From Chiloscyllium plagiosum (lineage: Eukaryota): a DNA stretch of 40,828 nucleotides. The notes under the pieces were generated by a model. That model did no database searches. It was not told where the DNA came from and saw only the letters and a program-made list of their open reading frames with translations. Positions 21,886 through 33,304 of this stretch are shown here, piece after piece; position 1 is the first letter of the stretch, and each line of letters begins with the position of its first letter. A program made the position numbers and the translations under genes. The stretch spans positions 77,426,312 to 77,467,139 of the forward strand of contig NC_057718.1 of the NCBI RefSeq assembly GCF_004010195.1, given 5' to 3'.

Positions 21886-22625
21886 TCCATAGAGTATGGA
21901 AATAGACCCTTCAGTCCAAGTCAACCATGCTAACCAGATATCCCGATCTGAACTAGTCCCATTTGCTAGCATTTGCCCCATATCCCTCTAAACCCTTCCT
22001 GTTCATATACCCATCCAGATGCCTTTTAAATGCTGTAATTGTACCCGTCTCCACCATTTCTTCTGGCAGCTCGTTCCGCATATGCATCACCTTTTGCATG
22101 AGAAGGTTACTCCTCAGGTTATTATTAATTTTTTTCTCCTTTAACTTTGAACCTATCTCTTCTGGCTTTGGACTCCCCTACCCTGGGAAAAAGATCTTGG
22201 CTAGTCACTCTATCCATGCCCCTCATGATTTTATAAAGCTCTATAAGATCACTCCTCAGCCTCTGATGCTCCAGGGAAAATAGCCCCAGGCTATTCAGCC
22301 TCTCCCTATAACTCAAACACTTCAGTCCCAGCAAAAACCTTGTAAATCTTTTCTACACCCTGTCAAATTTAACAACATCTTTCCTATAGAAGGGTGATCA
22401 GAATTGCATGCAGTATTCTGGAAGTGGCCTCATCAATATCTTTTACAGGTGCAAAATGGCATCTCCTAAACTCAATGTTGTGACCAATGAAGGCAAGCGT
22501 GTCAAACATCTTCTTCACCAAGCTGTCTACCTACGACTCCACTTTCAAGGAACTATACACCTGCAACCCATAGGTCTCTTTGTTTGGCAACACTCCCCAT
22601 GGCCCTACCATTACCTGTATAAGTC
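21886..22625 (-). mobile_element. CR1/HER1-type LINE 3' end
   Basis: LSYRERLNSLGLFSLEHQRLRSDLIELYKIMRGMDRV. Confidence 0.9.
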
Positions 22626-22894
22626 CTTCATGTGTAATGCTGACTTTGCGCATGTCACAACAATGTAAATCTTAAATCATGCACGTTTTTGAGTGAGCAT
22701 GCATATGCAGTTACCCTGCAGTTTTTGTGTCAGCAGACAGTGTGTTACTCTGAGGTAATTAATTAATCCTGTCAGTTTACACAGTACCAAGTCTCGTACA
22801 ATCTGTTCTCTGGTTGGTTCCAAAACATGCTGCTCTAAGAAACTATCTCAAAGGCATTTGTTGAACTTCTCATCGAGGCTACTATTACCACACA

Positions 22895-23465
22895 GTCACA
22901 GAGATATACTGCACGGAAACAGACTCTTCGGTCCAACTCTTCCATGCCAACCAGAAATCCTGAATTAATCTAGTCCCATTTGTCTGCATTTGGCCCATAT
23001 CGCTCTAAATCCTTCCTATTCATATACCTATCCAGAAGCCTCTTAAATGCTGTAATTGTGCCAGCCTCCAACACTTCCTCTTTTGGCACCTCATTCCATA
23101 CACGCATCACCCTCTGCATGAAATGTTGCCCCTTTGGTCCCTTTAGTCTCTAACCCTAAACCTATGCCCTCTAATTTTTACTCCCACAACCCAGGAAAAA
23201 GACCTTGTCTATTTACCCTATCCATGCCCCTCATAATTTTATAAAACTTTATAAGGTCACCCCTCAGCCTCCAACACCCAAAGGAAAACAGCCCCAGCCT
23301 ATTCAGCCTCTCATGATAGCTCAAACCCTCCAATCCTGACAACTGCCTTGTAAATCCTTTCTGAACCTTTTCAAGTTTCACAACATCCTTCCGATATCAG
23401 GGAGACCAGAAATGCACACATTATTCCAAAAGTGGCCTAAATAATGTCCCACACAGCCACAACAT
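22895..23465 (-). mobile_element. CR1/HER1-type LINE 3' end
   Basis: KLEKVQKGFTRQLSGLEGLSYHERLNRLGLFSFGCWRLRGDLIKFYKIMRG. Confidence 0.9.
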
Positions 23466-24040
23466 CAGTCTGATTTTCCAGTCTATTAAAAAGGTGGTGT
23501 GTTGGGAAGCATGGATTGTCGTGAGTTAGCATTAAGGACTATCAGGGTTACGGGAGTGGCTACAAAGGCAAGGTAGGTATTATGGGGAATTATGGGGAAT
23601 AATTCCCCATAATACAGTAAGAGGTTCCTGTGCTGGCAAAGATGTACTCAAGCAATGTTATGGGCATGAAGGATTATGAGCTGGAGGGATGTTTTACATT
23701 TTATTCTTTATTTTAAAATTTTGAACAGTATTGGAGATTGCATCCATATCTGGCATCCTCTCACTACCTCAAGGTTCTCCTATGCCAATTCGTTTGATGT
23801 CTGTAAGCCAAGATCAATCTGATATGCAGGTAACATTTTAAAAAGAAATCAGGTTAGTGGAGCCATGAATTCTCCTAACTCTGCACAACTGACCTTTGAA
23901 CAAAACTCCAGGCTTTAGTCTACATAATCATCAACGCAACACAGTAATTAAGTACATTTTCTAAAGAGAAAATGTAGAAAGTATTAAATAGATAACAATG
24001 CATCTTCTATTGTAGTATTTCCAAACAGATGTCTTCTTAC

Positions 24041-24270
24041 CTTTTCCGGAACTGTATTGAAATATTAATGATGACAATAGATTGCCCCAAACAGCAGATG
24101 ACTGGAATACAAGGAAGAATATCCCAAAGTAGTGGTTTACTATATTTTCTCCAATCTTATTAAATTTTTTTGCGTATTGGTAACCACAAATGGTAAGATA
24201 GGCACATTTTGCCGACCAAAGTGGAGCTCCTCCTGTTCCAAGAATTATTGCAGTGGGAATAAGTGTATAC
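24041..24270 (-). CDS. UNC93A: UNC93A-like exon 3 (230 bp)
   Basis: tttttcatag|G TAT ACA CTT ... GGA AAA G|gtaag gives (W)YTLIPTAIILGTGGAPLWSAKCAYLTICGYQYAKKFNKIGENIVNHYFGIFFLVFQSSAVWGNLLSSLIFQYSSGK. Strong match to UNC93A YTLIPTSILLGLGAAPLWSAQCTYLT...YFGIFFLIFQSSGVWGNLISSLVF. Missed by the ORF track. Confidence 0.97.
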
Positions 24271-26244
24271 CTATGAAAAACAATATCTTCATTACAACTG
24301 CAGGATTAACAGTTAACGTCTATTTTATTGCATAATTTTCATAATTCACATCAAGGGCTGATTAATTGATATGATTTATCCAATTTTGGCTTTACAAGAT
24401 GTATAATCTTGGAATAGCACATTCTACATTTATGCACAGTAGTGGGTACTTGCTATGTCATGTCCATTATTTTACAGTAGGAAACATTGCAATAGATTAA
24501 ATCTATTTAATAGTGTTGATCAGAATCATTGATACTGCATGCAACACAATTTTGGATGACCCATTTAGATATCATTCGCTTATTGTAGATACAAGTTCTA
24601 TTCCACTGTGATTGGGCTGATACAGCAGCAATTTTCAGACAAATGCTGTATGCGATAAAGTTGTACATTACAGTTATATTAATGGAGTGCAACAGTGTTG
24701 ATTTACTTAGCAAGTCTAGCCAACCCTCCTTAATTTTGGGAATACAAATTATTTCCTAAAGTTGTGATTTATGTTATATCCCGAAACTTAAACCTTCTAC
24801 TCAAGAAGGTTGATGCATCACCATGGAAGGTGGCCCTCATCTATCTATCGTTAATGAGATGCCCACTTACATTATCCTTTTAGAGAATATGAGCAACTAT
24901 TTATCACCATTTTAGCTCTCAAATTTCACCTATGCAAAGAAGAATTGATTTTAGGAATCAAGTTCAGACACCTTAGCAAAGCACAATCTTAGGCTAAAGT
25001 AGATTTTTAAAATTAATTTTGTACCTATAACAAATTAAAATACCAATTGACAGTGGACTGTATAATTTATGGAGGTTAGAAACTTTGCATTTATTTAGTG
25101 CTGAAAGATTTACTGAAGTAATGATAAGAGGCAAGTGAGTGTTTCATCTTATAATGTGGATAATGGATTCAGAGAGTACACTTTATTTGAAATGTGGCAT
25201 GATGAAGGTAAGACTGGTGCTGAAGATAAGCTATGTCACTTGGAAGATAAAGACTTAAATGGTAAAATATTATCTTATATCCACATAACAATTACTGAAT
25301 AAATATAGGTCATATGCTCCTCTCCTTCATTTAGTTCTAACTCCAGTGAAGTCTCGGCCTCACTGACAAGTCCAAATAAGTCATGTCTTTAATGAAAAAG
25401 TCGACACATGATCTGCAGCATACAGGAAAATCATCCAACAATGTGCTGGTAGTGAAGGTGTACATTTGACAAACTGATGGTCCTCTTAATAACCAGATTA
25501 AGAGAAATATAAGGCTCATTGTAATGCTCTCTCTATTAAAGAAGTTGAAGAGATATGTGTAATTGATCTTACTCTCACAGACACAAGCTCAGCAACGCTG
25601 CTCACATTTTAGCTGTTGGCAAAGGAGAAGATCTACAGAGACATCAGGCACGAGTGTACAGAAGCCAGGACAGGGAAAAGGGACCCACTAGTGTCAACTC
25701 ACTCAAGGGACAATTTACAATTGGTTCTCCTAAAGGAGTCAGATTTTCATGGATAAGACTACAGTAGAAGATGAATGGGCGAACATACTGATGCCTGATA
25801 TGGTAAAATTCCTCCCAAAATGCTGACAATGTCACAACATACAGAAGGGAAGGTCCAACTTACACAGAGCTTTGTGCAGAGTTTAGAACCTATCCTTTCC
25901 ACCATGGAACAAGTAATCACTTCCATCAGTACACATGCTGAACTCACATGTAATGCAGAGTTTAATTGTAAATATTACAGATTTCATTGCAGCATAAATA
26001 GCTCCCATTGTTTCCATTGAAGGTTTGTTGCTGCTGTGAAAGCTCAGACTGTTGTCATAATGGCTTTGGATACTCTGGTTGAAACAGGCACACTAAATAT
26101 CAGAACAGTTCATCAATAGCTACTCCAGCAGATCAGGAGTATTGCTGAGGCACCCATTCCTGGCAGTTGTTTCTTTTGCAAATGGAATTCACAGACCTCT
26201 TTCAGGAGGAAACCTGGTATTTCAAAAGTTACCCTTGTATAGAT

Positions 26245-26700
26245 TGTAGAATGTTAAAGCAGACCATTTGCCCCATTGAGTCCATACCAATTCACCAAAG
26301 AGCATCATGCCGAGGCCCCACCGCCCAACTCTATCCCCGTAACCCTGCATTTCCAAGGCTAACCCACTGAACATGCACATCTGTAGACATAATGGGAAAT
26401 TTAGCATGGCCAATCCACCTAATCTGCACATCTTGAGTCTGTAGGAGGAAACTAGAGCACGCAGAGGAAATCCACACAAACAAGGGGACAATGTACAAAC
26501 TCCACGCAGGCAGTCACCTAACAAAAATAATTTTATTTTTAAAAGTAAAGGTAAAGGAGGTGTAATTTTCCACAGCCTACATATGCATGGTTCATGGACT
26601 CCACAGCACCATGCATAAACTGTTGGTCTAAGAGCCTGTGAATCAGGCTCTTGGTGCTATGAGGCAGCAGTGCTAACTACTGAGCCACTGTGCCCACCCC
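26245..26700 (-). mobile_element. HE1-type SINE with a 127-bp foreign insert
   Basis: SINE body at 26245-26518 and head at 26646-26700 (gaggcagcagtgctaactactgagccactgtgcc). Insert at 26519-26645. Confidence 0.85.
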
Positions 26701-28122
26701 AAAGTAGTTGTCATTTCCTGTAAAGCAGTCAGCCCTGACCACTGCAGTCCAGGCCTTAGTGGTGCCCTTTAAAGTCAGGCCTTCTAGACCTGGAGCCACT
26801 CAAAGTCAGTCTCCAAACGTCTATCTACTGCCTCTTCACTTAGAACACTCATGTTACAATTGACCAAGAAAGTGACTGGAATAGACATCTAAATACTGTG
26901 GCTGTATGAACAGGTCAGAGGCTAGGAACTCAGCAGCAAGTAAAGCTTGATTCCTTCAAAATGTCTACTATCCAACATGGAACAAGTCAGGACTTTGATG
27001 ACATATTTTCCACTTGCCTGGATGACTGCAGCTGCAATAATACTCAAGAAGCTCAAAACAGAATAAGGCAGCCTACCTGACTGGCATTGCATCCATAACT
27101 TTCACTCCCTCCACAACTGGCACATCATAACAGAGATTTTTAACCATGCTATGATGTGGCAATAGCAAAAATTCACCAAGACTGCTTACACAACATCGTT
27201 CAAATATCCTTCACTGTCACTTGGTCAAAACTCTGCAACTCCCAAACAGCACAGTAGACATACCTACACAAAACGGGCTGCAGCAGTTCAAGAAGTAAGG
27301 TCATCACCACCTTCCCACAGGCAACTAGGGATGGGCTGTAAATACTGGCCCAGCCAGTCAGCACACATGCTGGAAATAAAAAGAAACTCCAGTTTTATTG
27401 CCTCTCCTTAAGTGAGCAAAATCGTTTAGACTATAAGGACAGTACAGGGACTGGAGTGCCTTATCTCCCTCCTCAACACTTTTGATTTAGTTCCTCCCAA
27501 GTTTTTGGTTTTTTTTGTTATTGTTATACTGCCCTAGTGGGTAGTGCTTGTAACTTGTTATTTAGATAATTAATTAATCAATGATTTTATAGTGGATTTT
27601 TTCAAATAAAACATTAAGAGTTGTCTTCTTAGTGTATCAGAGTAGTGGATCAACAGCACATACGTCAATGAATCAAAGCTATCCTTACATATAAATGTAA
27701 AAAGTGCAGTATTTTTATTTATTTCCTGCCCTTGTTTACCCACCTTTTTGAATTTTGTTATTGTTACACTGCTCATGGTAGGCAAAATTAGTTGTTTGTT
27801 CTTTGTGAATTGGATAATTTGACAAATTTGACAAGGGTTTGGAATTTTTATAATTACTTGATTAGGTGTTTTGATAAATGATGGTTGGTTATTTAATCTA
27901 AAAGAGCTGCTTTTGTTTTACGCAGGAGTTGTCCCTCTTTCCATCGGGACCCATGAAGGGTGTTGTAAGCAACAATTCCTTACAACATAGATTAATGATT
28001 CACAGGCTCTTAGACCAACAGTTTATGCATGGTGCTGTGGAGTCCGTGAACCATGTGTATGTAGGCTGTGGACAATTACACCTCCTTTACCATTACTTTT
28101 AAAAATAAAATTATTTTTGTTA
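26519..28122. repeat. Dispersed inverted repeat, 127-bp arms
   Basis: 26519-26645 is the reverse complement of 27996-28122, with 5 mismatches counted by eye. Confidence 0.95.
26860..27385 (+). mobile_element. CR1-clade LINE 3' end (diverged, with deletions)
   Basis: ccacttgcctggatgactgcagctgcaataatactcaagaagct and the tail cagcagttcaagaag...gcaactagggatgggc; same family as 10410-11280. Confidence 0.75.
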
Positions 28123-28627
28123 TAGTCACATCCTTATCACTTGTCTTTAGATGGAGCACATGGTGCCTACCAGTATCCTTTAACCACTTCAGGATAGGTG
28201 GGGGTGAATGACTTGGTGAATTAAAATGGACTAGAGAACAAGTCATGTTCAATTCCAAAAGGTTCACCAGGTGGCAGGGGCATGCATGCTCACTTTTGAA
28301 TGAGCTGCTGCTCATAATCAAAGTTGCTGCTACCATCTGAAATAAGTCCACAGAGCCATCAACAAGTCACCCTTTACTTCCATGTATATAGTGCTTGACA
28401 CCAGCACGGCTCTCAGAGTGAACAGAACCTCTGACACTCCTGTTTATATCTGTCTCTGTATCCTGCTAAAGCTCATTAGTACCTGTGCACAAGCCCTTTT
28501 ACCACTATGGCATGACATGCACTTCCCATTGGATGTGCATGCATTTATCCTGGACACTACTTTCACTGTCAGGAGCAAGTAAAAAATGTCTTAAAAAACC
28601 AAATTTCTATCTTGGTGGAAGGTAACA

Positions 28628-28860
28628 CTAGAAATACAGAAAATAGGAGTAGGCCTTTTGGCCCTTCAAGCCTGCTGTGCCATTCATTTTGATCATGACT
28701 GGTCATTCAATTCACTATCTTCTTCCTGCTTTTTCCCATACACTTTGATCTCTTTTGTCCTAAGAGCTACATCTAACTCCTTCTTGTAAACATTGAATAC
28801 TTTGGTCTCAACCAGTTTCTGTGGTACAGAATTCTGAAGCTCACCATTCTCTGGGTGAAA
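28628..28860 (-). mobile_element. CR1 3'-tail fragment
   Basis: agaaataggagtaggccttttggcccttcaagcctgct...; minus strand reads NSVPQKLVETKVFNVYKKELDVAL. Confidence 0.75.
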
Positions 28861-29095
28861 AGGTGAGTTTCCAGTTTCCTCATCTACCCTCCCCCCCACC
28901 TTACCCTAATCTACCAACTCAGCACCACCCTCCTGAACTGTCCNNATATCTTCCCCCCAGCCCCATGCCCCTCCCATTCATCTGTCACCCACCTTGGGCC
29001 ACGTTCACATTCCTGATGAAGAGCTTATGCTTGAAACTCTCCTGCTCCTCGGATCCTGCCTGACCGGCTGTGTTTTTCCAGTGCTACACTTTTAT
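28861..29095 (+). mobile_element. Penelope-like pLTR fragment with degenerate hammerhead
   Basis: C-rich stretch, then cattcCTGATGAagagcttatgcttGAAAc and ctcctgctcctcggatcctgcctgacc. Contains NN at 28944-28945. Confidence 0.7.
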
Positions 29096-29099
29096 ATTC

Positions 29100-29395
29100 T
29101 AGGACAAGAGGCCATAGTCTTAGGATAAGGGGTAGCAAATTTAAAATAAAAGAGTTGAGAAAAAGCTACTTCTCCCAAATGGTTGTGAATCTATGGAATT
29201 CTCTCCCGCAAAGTGTGGTGGATGCTGGGACAGTGAGTAAATTTGAGGAGTTAGACAGAGGGTTTTAATTGGTGATGGGTTGAAGGGATATGGAGAGAAG
29301 GCAGGAAAATGATGCTGAGGAGCATATCAACCATGATTGAGTGGCAGAGCAGACTCGATGGGCCAAATGGCCTAAATCTGCTTCAATGTCTTATC
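29100..29395 (+). mobile_element. CR1 3'-tail fragment
   Basis: aggacaagaggccatagtcttaggataaggggtagc...ttctcccaaatggttgtgaatctatggaattctctccc encodes the FSQ.VVNLWNSLP motif. Confidence 0.8.
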
Positions 29396-30979
29396 AACGT
29401 ATGAACAATGATTACACGCCACAATTGCTCACATCTCTCCATCCATGTAATGCTTTTTTAAAAAAAATGCAATCTCCATCAATTACCATTAAACCCCATC
29501 TCTTTTCATTCGGTTCTATTAACTATCTCTAACATGATCTCTTCTTACCTACAATTTGTGTTATGGTCTGTCTCCTGTGTCACCATACCGGTCTATTTAT
29601 TTTGATTATACAACAACATTATTTATCTGTTTACTCTCTTCAACTCTTCAGTGAGATCTGTTGCAATTGTTTTGTTCTGTGGCTTGATTTGATGCACTGA
29701 GATTTATTCTCAGCCCCACAGTTCTCTGCTCACAGTTTCTTCAGTTTCAGAATATATATTCTATGAATCTAATTATATCAGAGCATTGTTTTCGCCAAGC
29801 TTTGAAACGTACATGTGATTATTGGACAGATAGACTAATACTGTCTGCCTTATGATTTTCTACATACCCTGTTCACCTTGGTATATTCCAAGAAGACTCT
29901 GTAGCTACATGCCTTTTCCATCCTGCCATGCGATGTGGTGTAGAATGTAGCAAACCGTGATTTGTCTAACTCATGCATTTGACAGGATTGACCAAACACC
30001 TTAAGTGATCTTCAATATTTTGAAAACCTACTCCATCACCCTTCTGTAGTCTTATAACATTTATGATATAGCTCATGTGCCTCAATCCACAAGTTTCTGA
30101 GTGACGTCATCATCCATTTCCAGGAAGGAAAATTGTGAAAATTAACCTGTCCCTAAAAGGCTGACATGATAAATTATAATGGGGATACAGAAATAATTAA
30201 TGAAGTAGTACTTTGGATCAGTCTTTGTAAGAGGAAACCCAAAAATTCATATCAGAAATAACTGAACTATAATTAAAAAGTAATCCAATATGCATATTCC
30301 AATCACTGGCTTTAATTTGGCTGTTTACCAGTTCACAGAAGCTTATGATTTGTTAGAATGATCACTGAATGACCCGTTTGATTCCAAATGATCACACTGG
30401 AGCTCCTTTTTGATTAGAGGGTGGTGAATAGATTTCTTTGTGCCTTCCCCATTCCTTATTCCCCAGGAATTCAGGCCTTTCTGAAGGATGGAAGATTTAA
30501 GGTTTTGTTGTCTTACTGGGGAAAATATCCTTTGGAAGGGTTGGGTGGAGAAAACTAGAATTCAGTTTTAATTTACCAAAGTGTGTAAAAGTAATCCCTG
30601 AACATAAGCACTGTGAACAAACCCTTTCACACAAGCAAGTAAGAAATTTGCCATGAGTGGTGAATGTTTAATTGGTATAAGTCCCAGTCATTGCTTCAGC
30701 ATCTCAACTGCCATTTTCTTTTCACTTTGCTTTCACTGGTGAGTTCCAGAAAGTCTGGGGAAACCTGTACAACCAAAGTTAAACACCAAAGCCCAGATTA
30801 ATATTGCTGTATTAACATATTAAAATTGATAACCTACTTCGCATGAAGCCATTATTTGTACACAGACTAATGCACTGAAATTAATTCTGGAAATGGTTGG
30901 GTTGCAGTTGGATTCCTAATGGGCTTACATTTTTTGCCCCCAAATCCACACATTCATGCATATTGAAATTCTTTCCCTT

Positions 30980-31215
30980 AGAGTTTAATCTCTTCTTGTT
31001 GATGCAAATGGTGGCAATGATTAAGGGATGCAATAGCCACATGAGTGCAATCCATTATTCCATGAACCTTGGGTATTCCTTCCACTTCATAAAACCATAG
31101 TTACCCATCCTACAACTATCATTTGTCCAAAGGAAGACAGATAAACAAATTGTTCCAACAAACAATGTATTTTTGACCTGTATGTCTGGGAGTAGTGACA
31201 GATGTCTGCCACGCA
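30980..31215 (-). mobile_element. Harbinger (HARBI1-like) DDE transposase remnant
   Basis: Minus strand: ADICHYSQ..QVKNTLFV...FYEVEGIPKVHGIMDCTHVAIAS...INKKRLNS. Matches the HARBI1 pattern FY..AGFP.V.GAIDCTHVAI.AP...INRKG.HS, including the first catalytic Asp. Confidence 0.8.
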
Positions 31216-31407
31216 TTTCCGCTCCTACCTAGCCAGTTGGTCATAATTCTTCTAACAGTTCCTTTGAAAACAGTGATGCAAGGGACCTCCTAATGAATCA
31301 CACAATCACAGAACAGAATCATTGAATCCCTAATGGGGTATCAATAGCTGGAGTCTTAGGGCTCGAATCAGACTAGAAGGGAGACAGATAGTTAATATGA
31401 ATGAAAA

Positions 31408-31544
31408 AGATAGGTAAAAACAATGACTGCAGATGCTGGAAACCAGATTCTGGATTAGTGGTGCTGGAAGAGCACAGCAGTTCAGGCAGCATCCGAGGAG
31501 CAGCAAAATCGACGTTTCGGGCAAAAGCCCTTCATCAAGAATAA
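31408..31544 (-). mobile_element. Short Penelope-like pLTR insertion with hammerhead motif and 11-bp TSD
   Basis: TSD atgaatgaaaa at 31397-31407 and 31545-31555. Minus strand tTGATGA a gggc-tttt-gccc GAAA cg TC ga (first core C changed to T). Confidence 0.8.
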
Positions 31545-32552
31545 ATGAATGAAAATGATGTTGTGCTTATTGATGTCCTATCTCCTTCACACCTGTCTCA
31601 TAACAGGAAGGCAGGAGTGGAATACTAATCAGGCCCAATCAATATCATGAGAAGTTTGTTAAACGCATATCTCTGATAGAGATTTGAAGTGTTCTGGGGG
31701 CATTCAGCAGCAGTATGCCGTAGGCCAGTTTAAGGCAGAGGCACATGAACCACATCAATGACAAGTGGAAGAGACAAGAAAAGTTTCAAAAAGTAACTAT
31801 AGTGTTTATCACAAGTAAAAGGGCTTATCCCTTTGAACTGAAAGGTACATCAGTCATCACAAGTAATGAAAAGAGACAGCATTATGAAGTTTGGCACATC
31901 AGGGGGTCATCACCTCTTGATATCACTTGAGCATAGAATTGTGAGCAAGGTTGTTTGGAGCCCGCATGAGCACCAGGAAAGGTATATCTTGAAATAAATA
32001 TTGCACCCTCAGGAAGTGAGACCATTGGAGATGAAGAACGGCAGCCTAGATAGGAAGGGCACAGCACTGAACATTTAGGCATCTTAAGGAGGGGAACGAG
32101 TGATACAAAGGAAAAAAAAGATCGAAGAGTAGAGACAAGGGTGAGGGCATTTATAGACGTCAGGGAAGCTGACCCAACTCTTTTTTTCCCACCTTCATGA
32201 TGAAAATTCAGCTCCTTTGGCCTCTTAGTGCATTGGGAAGAGAAGACAGCAGAAGGTGCAAAGGAAAAATGCACAGTGATCATTAGTTAAAATAAAACAA
32301 AATTATCTGAGAGACGGGTTTTTCTGTAAATATTTGCAAAGTACCTAACGGCTTTAGATATGTACATTTTTCTAAAGCACATATTAATCTTGGTCAGTAT
32401 TTCGTACAATTAAGATGATGATTGAACATGATACAGTTGGAAACTGAAATATATGATCTCACCACTTTATGGACATCCCAACACATCTCCCCATTTTAAT
32501 TCAGAAGCTTAATATCACAATAAAATGGAACAAGTATAAAATTGAATGAATA

Positions 32553-32660
32553 GGGACTTTTGCAGTTCAGTGGCAACATCCCTACCTCTGAGCCAAGGAG
32601 CACGGGTTCAAGTCCCACCTATTCTAGAATATCTAATAACATCTTGGAACAGGTTCATTT
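32553..32660 (+). mobile_element. tRNA-derived SINE head fragment
   Basis: gcagttcagtggcaacatccctacctctgagccaaggagcacGGGTTCAAGTCCcac contains a B box. No complete cloverleaf. Confidence 0.55.
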
Positions 32661-33122
32661 GTAAAATCCTAAAATTGTACTAGGATCAGGCTCAAGGGAT
32701 CCTTGGTACATTTACCATCACATGTTTCCAAACAATCCAAACAATGTGTCATTAAACTTTTTCTGCTTGATATCTGAATACATGAATTTAAACATTGATA
32801 TTTTGATCCTGGCTGTTCTGCTTAACTTACTGGACTGAATCCAATTTGGGTAGGGTCCACCTACAGCAAGCTATAGGACCAAGTCGATCTGACACAAGGC
32901 TCCACGGGAAGGGGACAGGATCCAAATCTGGATTCTGGATAAGAATCTGATCTTGGAGCAAGGATTTTCCATTTTTGAACCGCACAGGAGTCCAGTTTTA
33001 AACTCTGGGTGCTTTTTTTTTTGGAAAGAATTAGCCTGATGGCAAGAGATCAGGGGCCCAGGTAGAATAATTCCAGCACATCAATGAAAATATTAGTAAA
33101 AGCTTAGATTACATATCATTAC

Positions 33123-33304
33123 CAGCTAGGATAAAAATTTCCAATTGAAAATGCAACGTAGCAGCACATGGAGATAACAATGGTCCATTTACAACCAAGA
33201 TATTTTATCATCAGCGGTGGAAGGAACATTGAAGACAGGATAAGAGCTGCATAGATGACACTTAATGAGGCCAAGCCAAGGCCTTGATCACTGTTCAAAC
33301 TGCT
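33123..33304 (-). CDS. UNC93A: UNC93A-like exon 2 (182 bp)
   Basis: gttttacag|AGC AGT TTG ... AGC TG|gtaatg gives SSLNSDQGLGLASLSVIYAALILSSMFLPPLMIKYLGCKWTIVISMCCYVAFSIGNFYPS(W). Phase 2 joins exon 3 to complete TGG. UNC-93 family signature. Confidence 0.97.

Noticed and set aside
31560..32290. 133-aa ORF or possible L2 LINE remnant
   Set aside because: Only faint similarity to L2 linker motifs; not supportable without a search.
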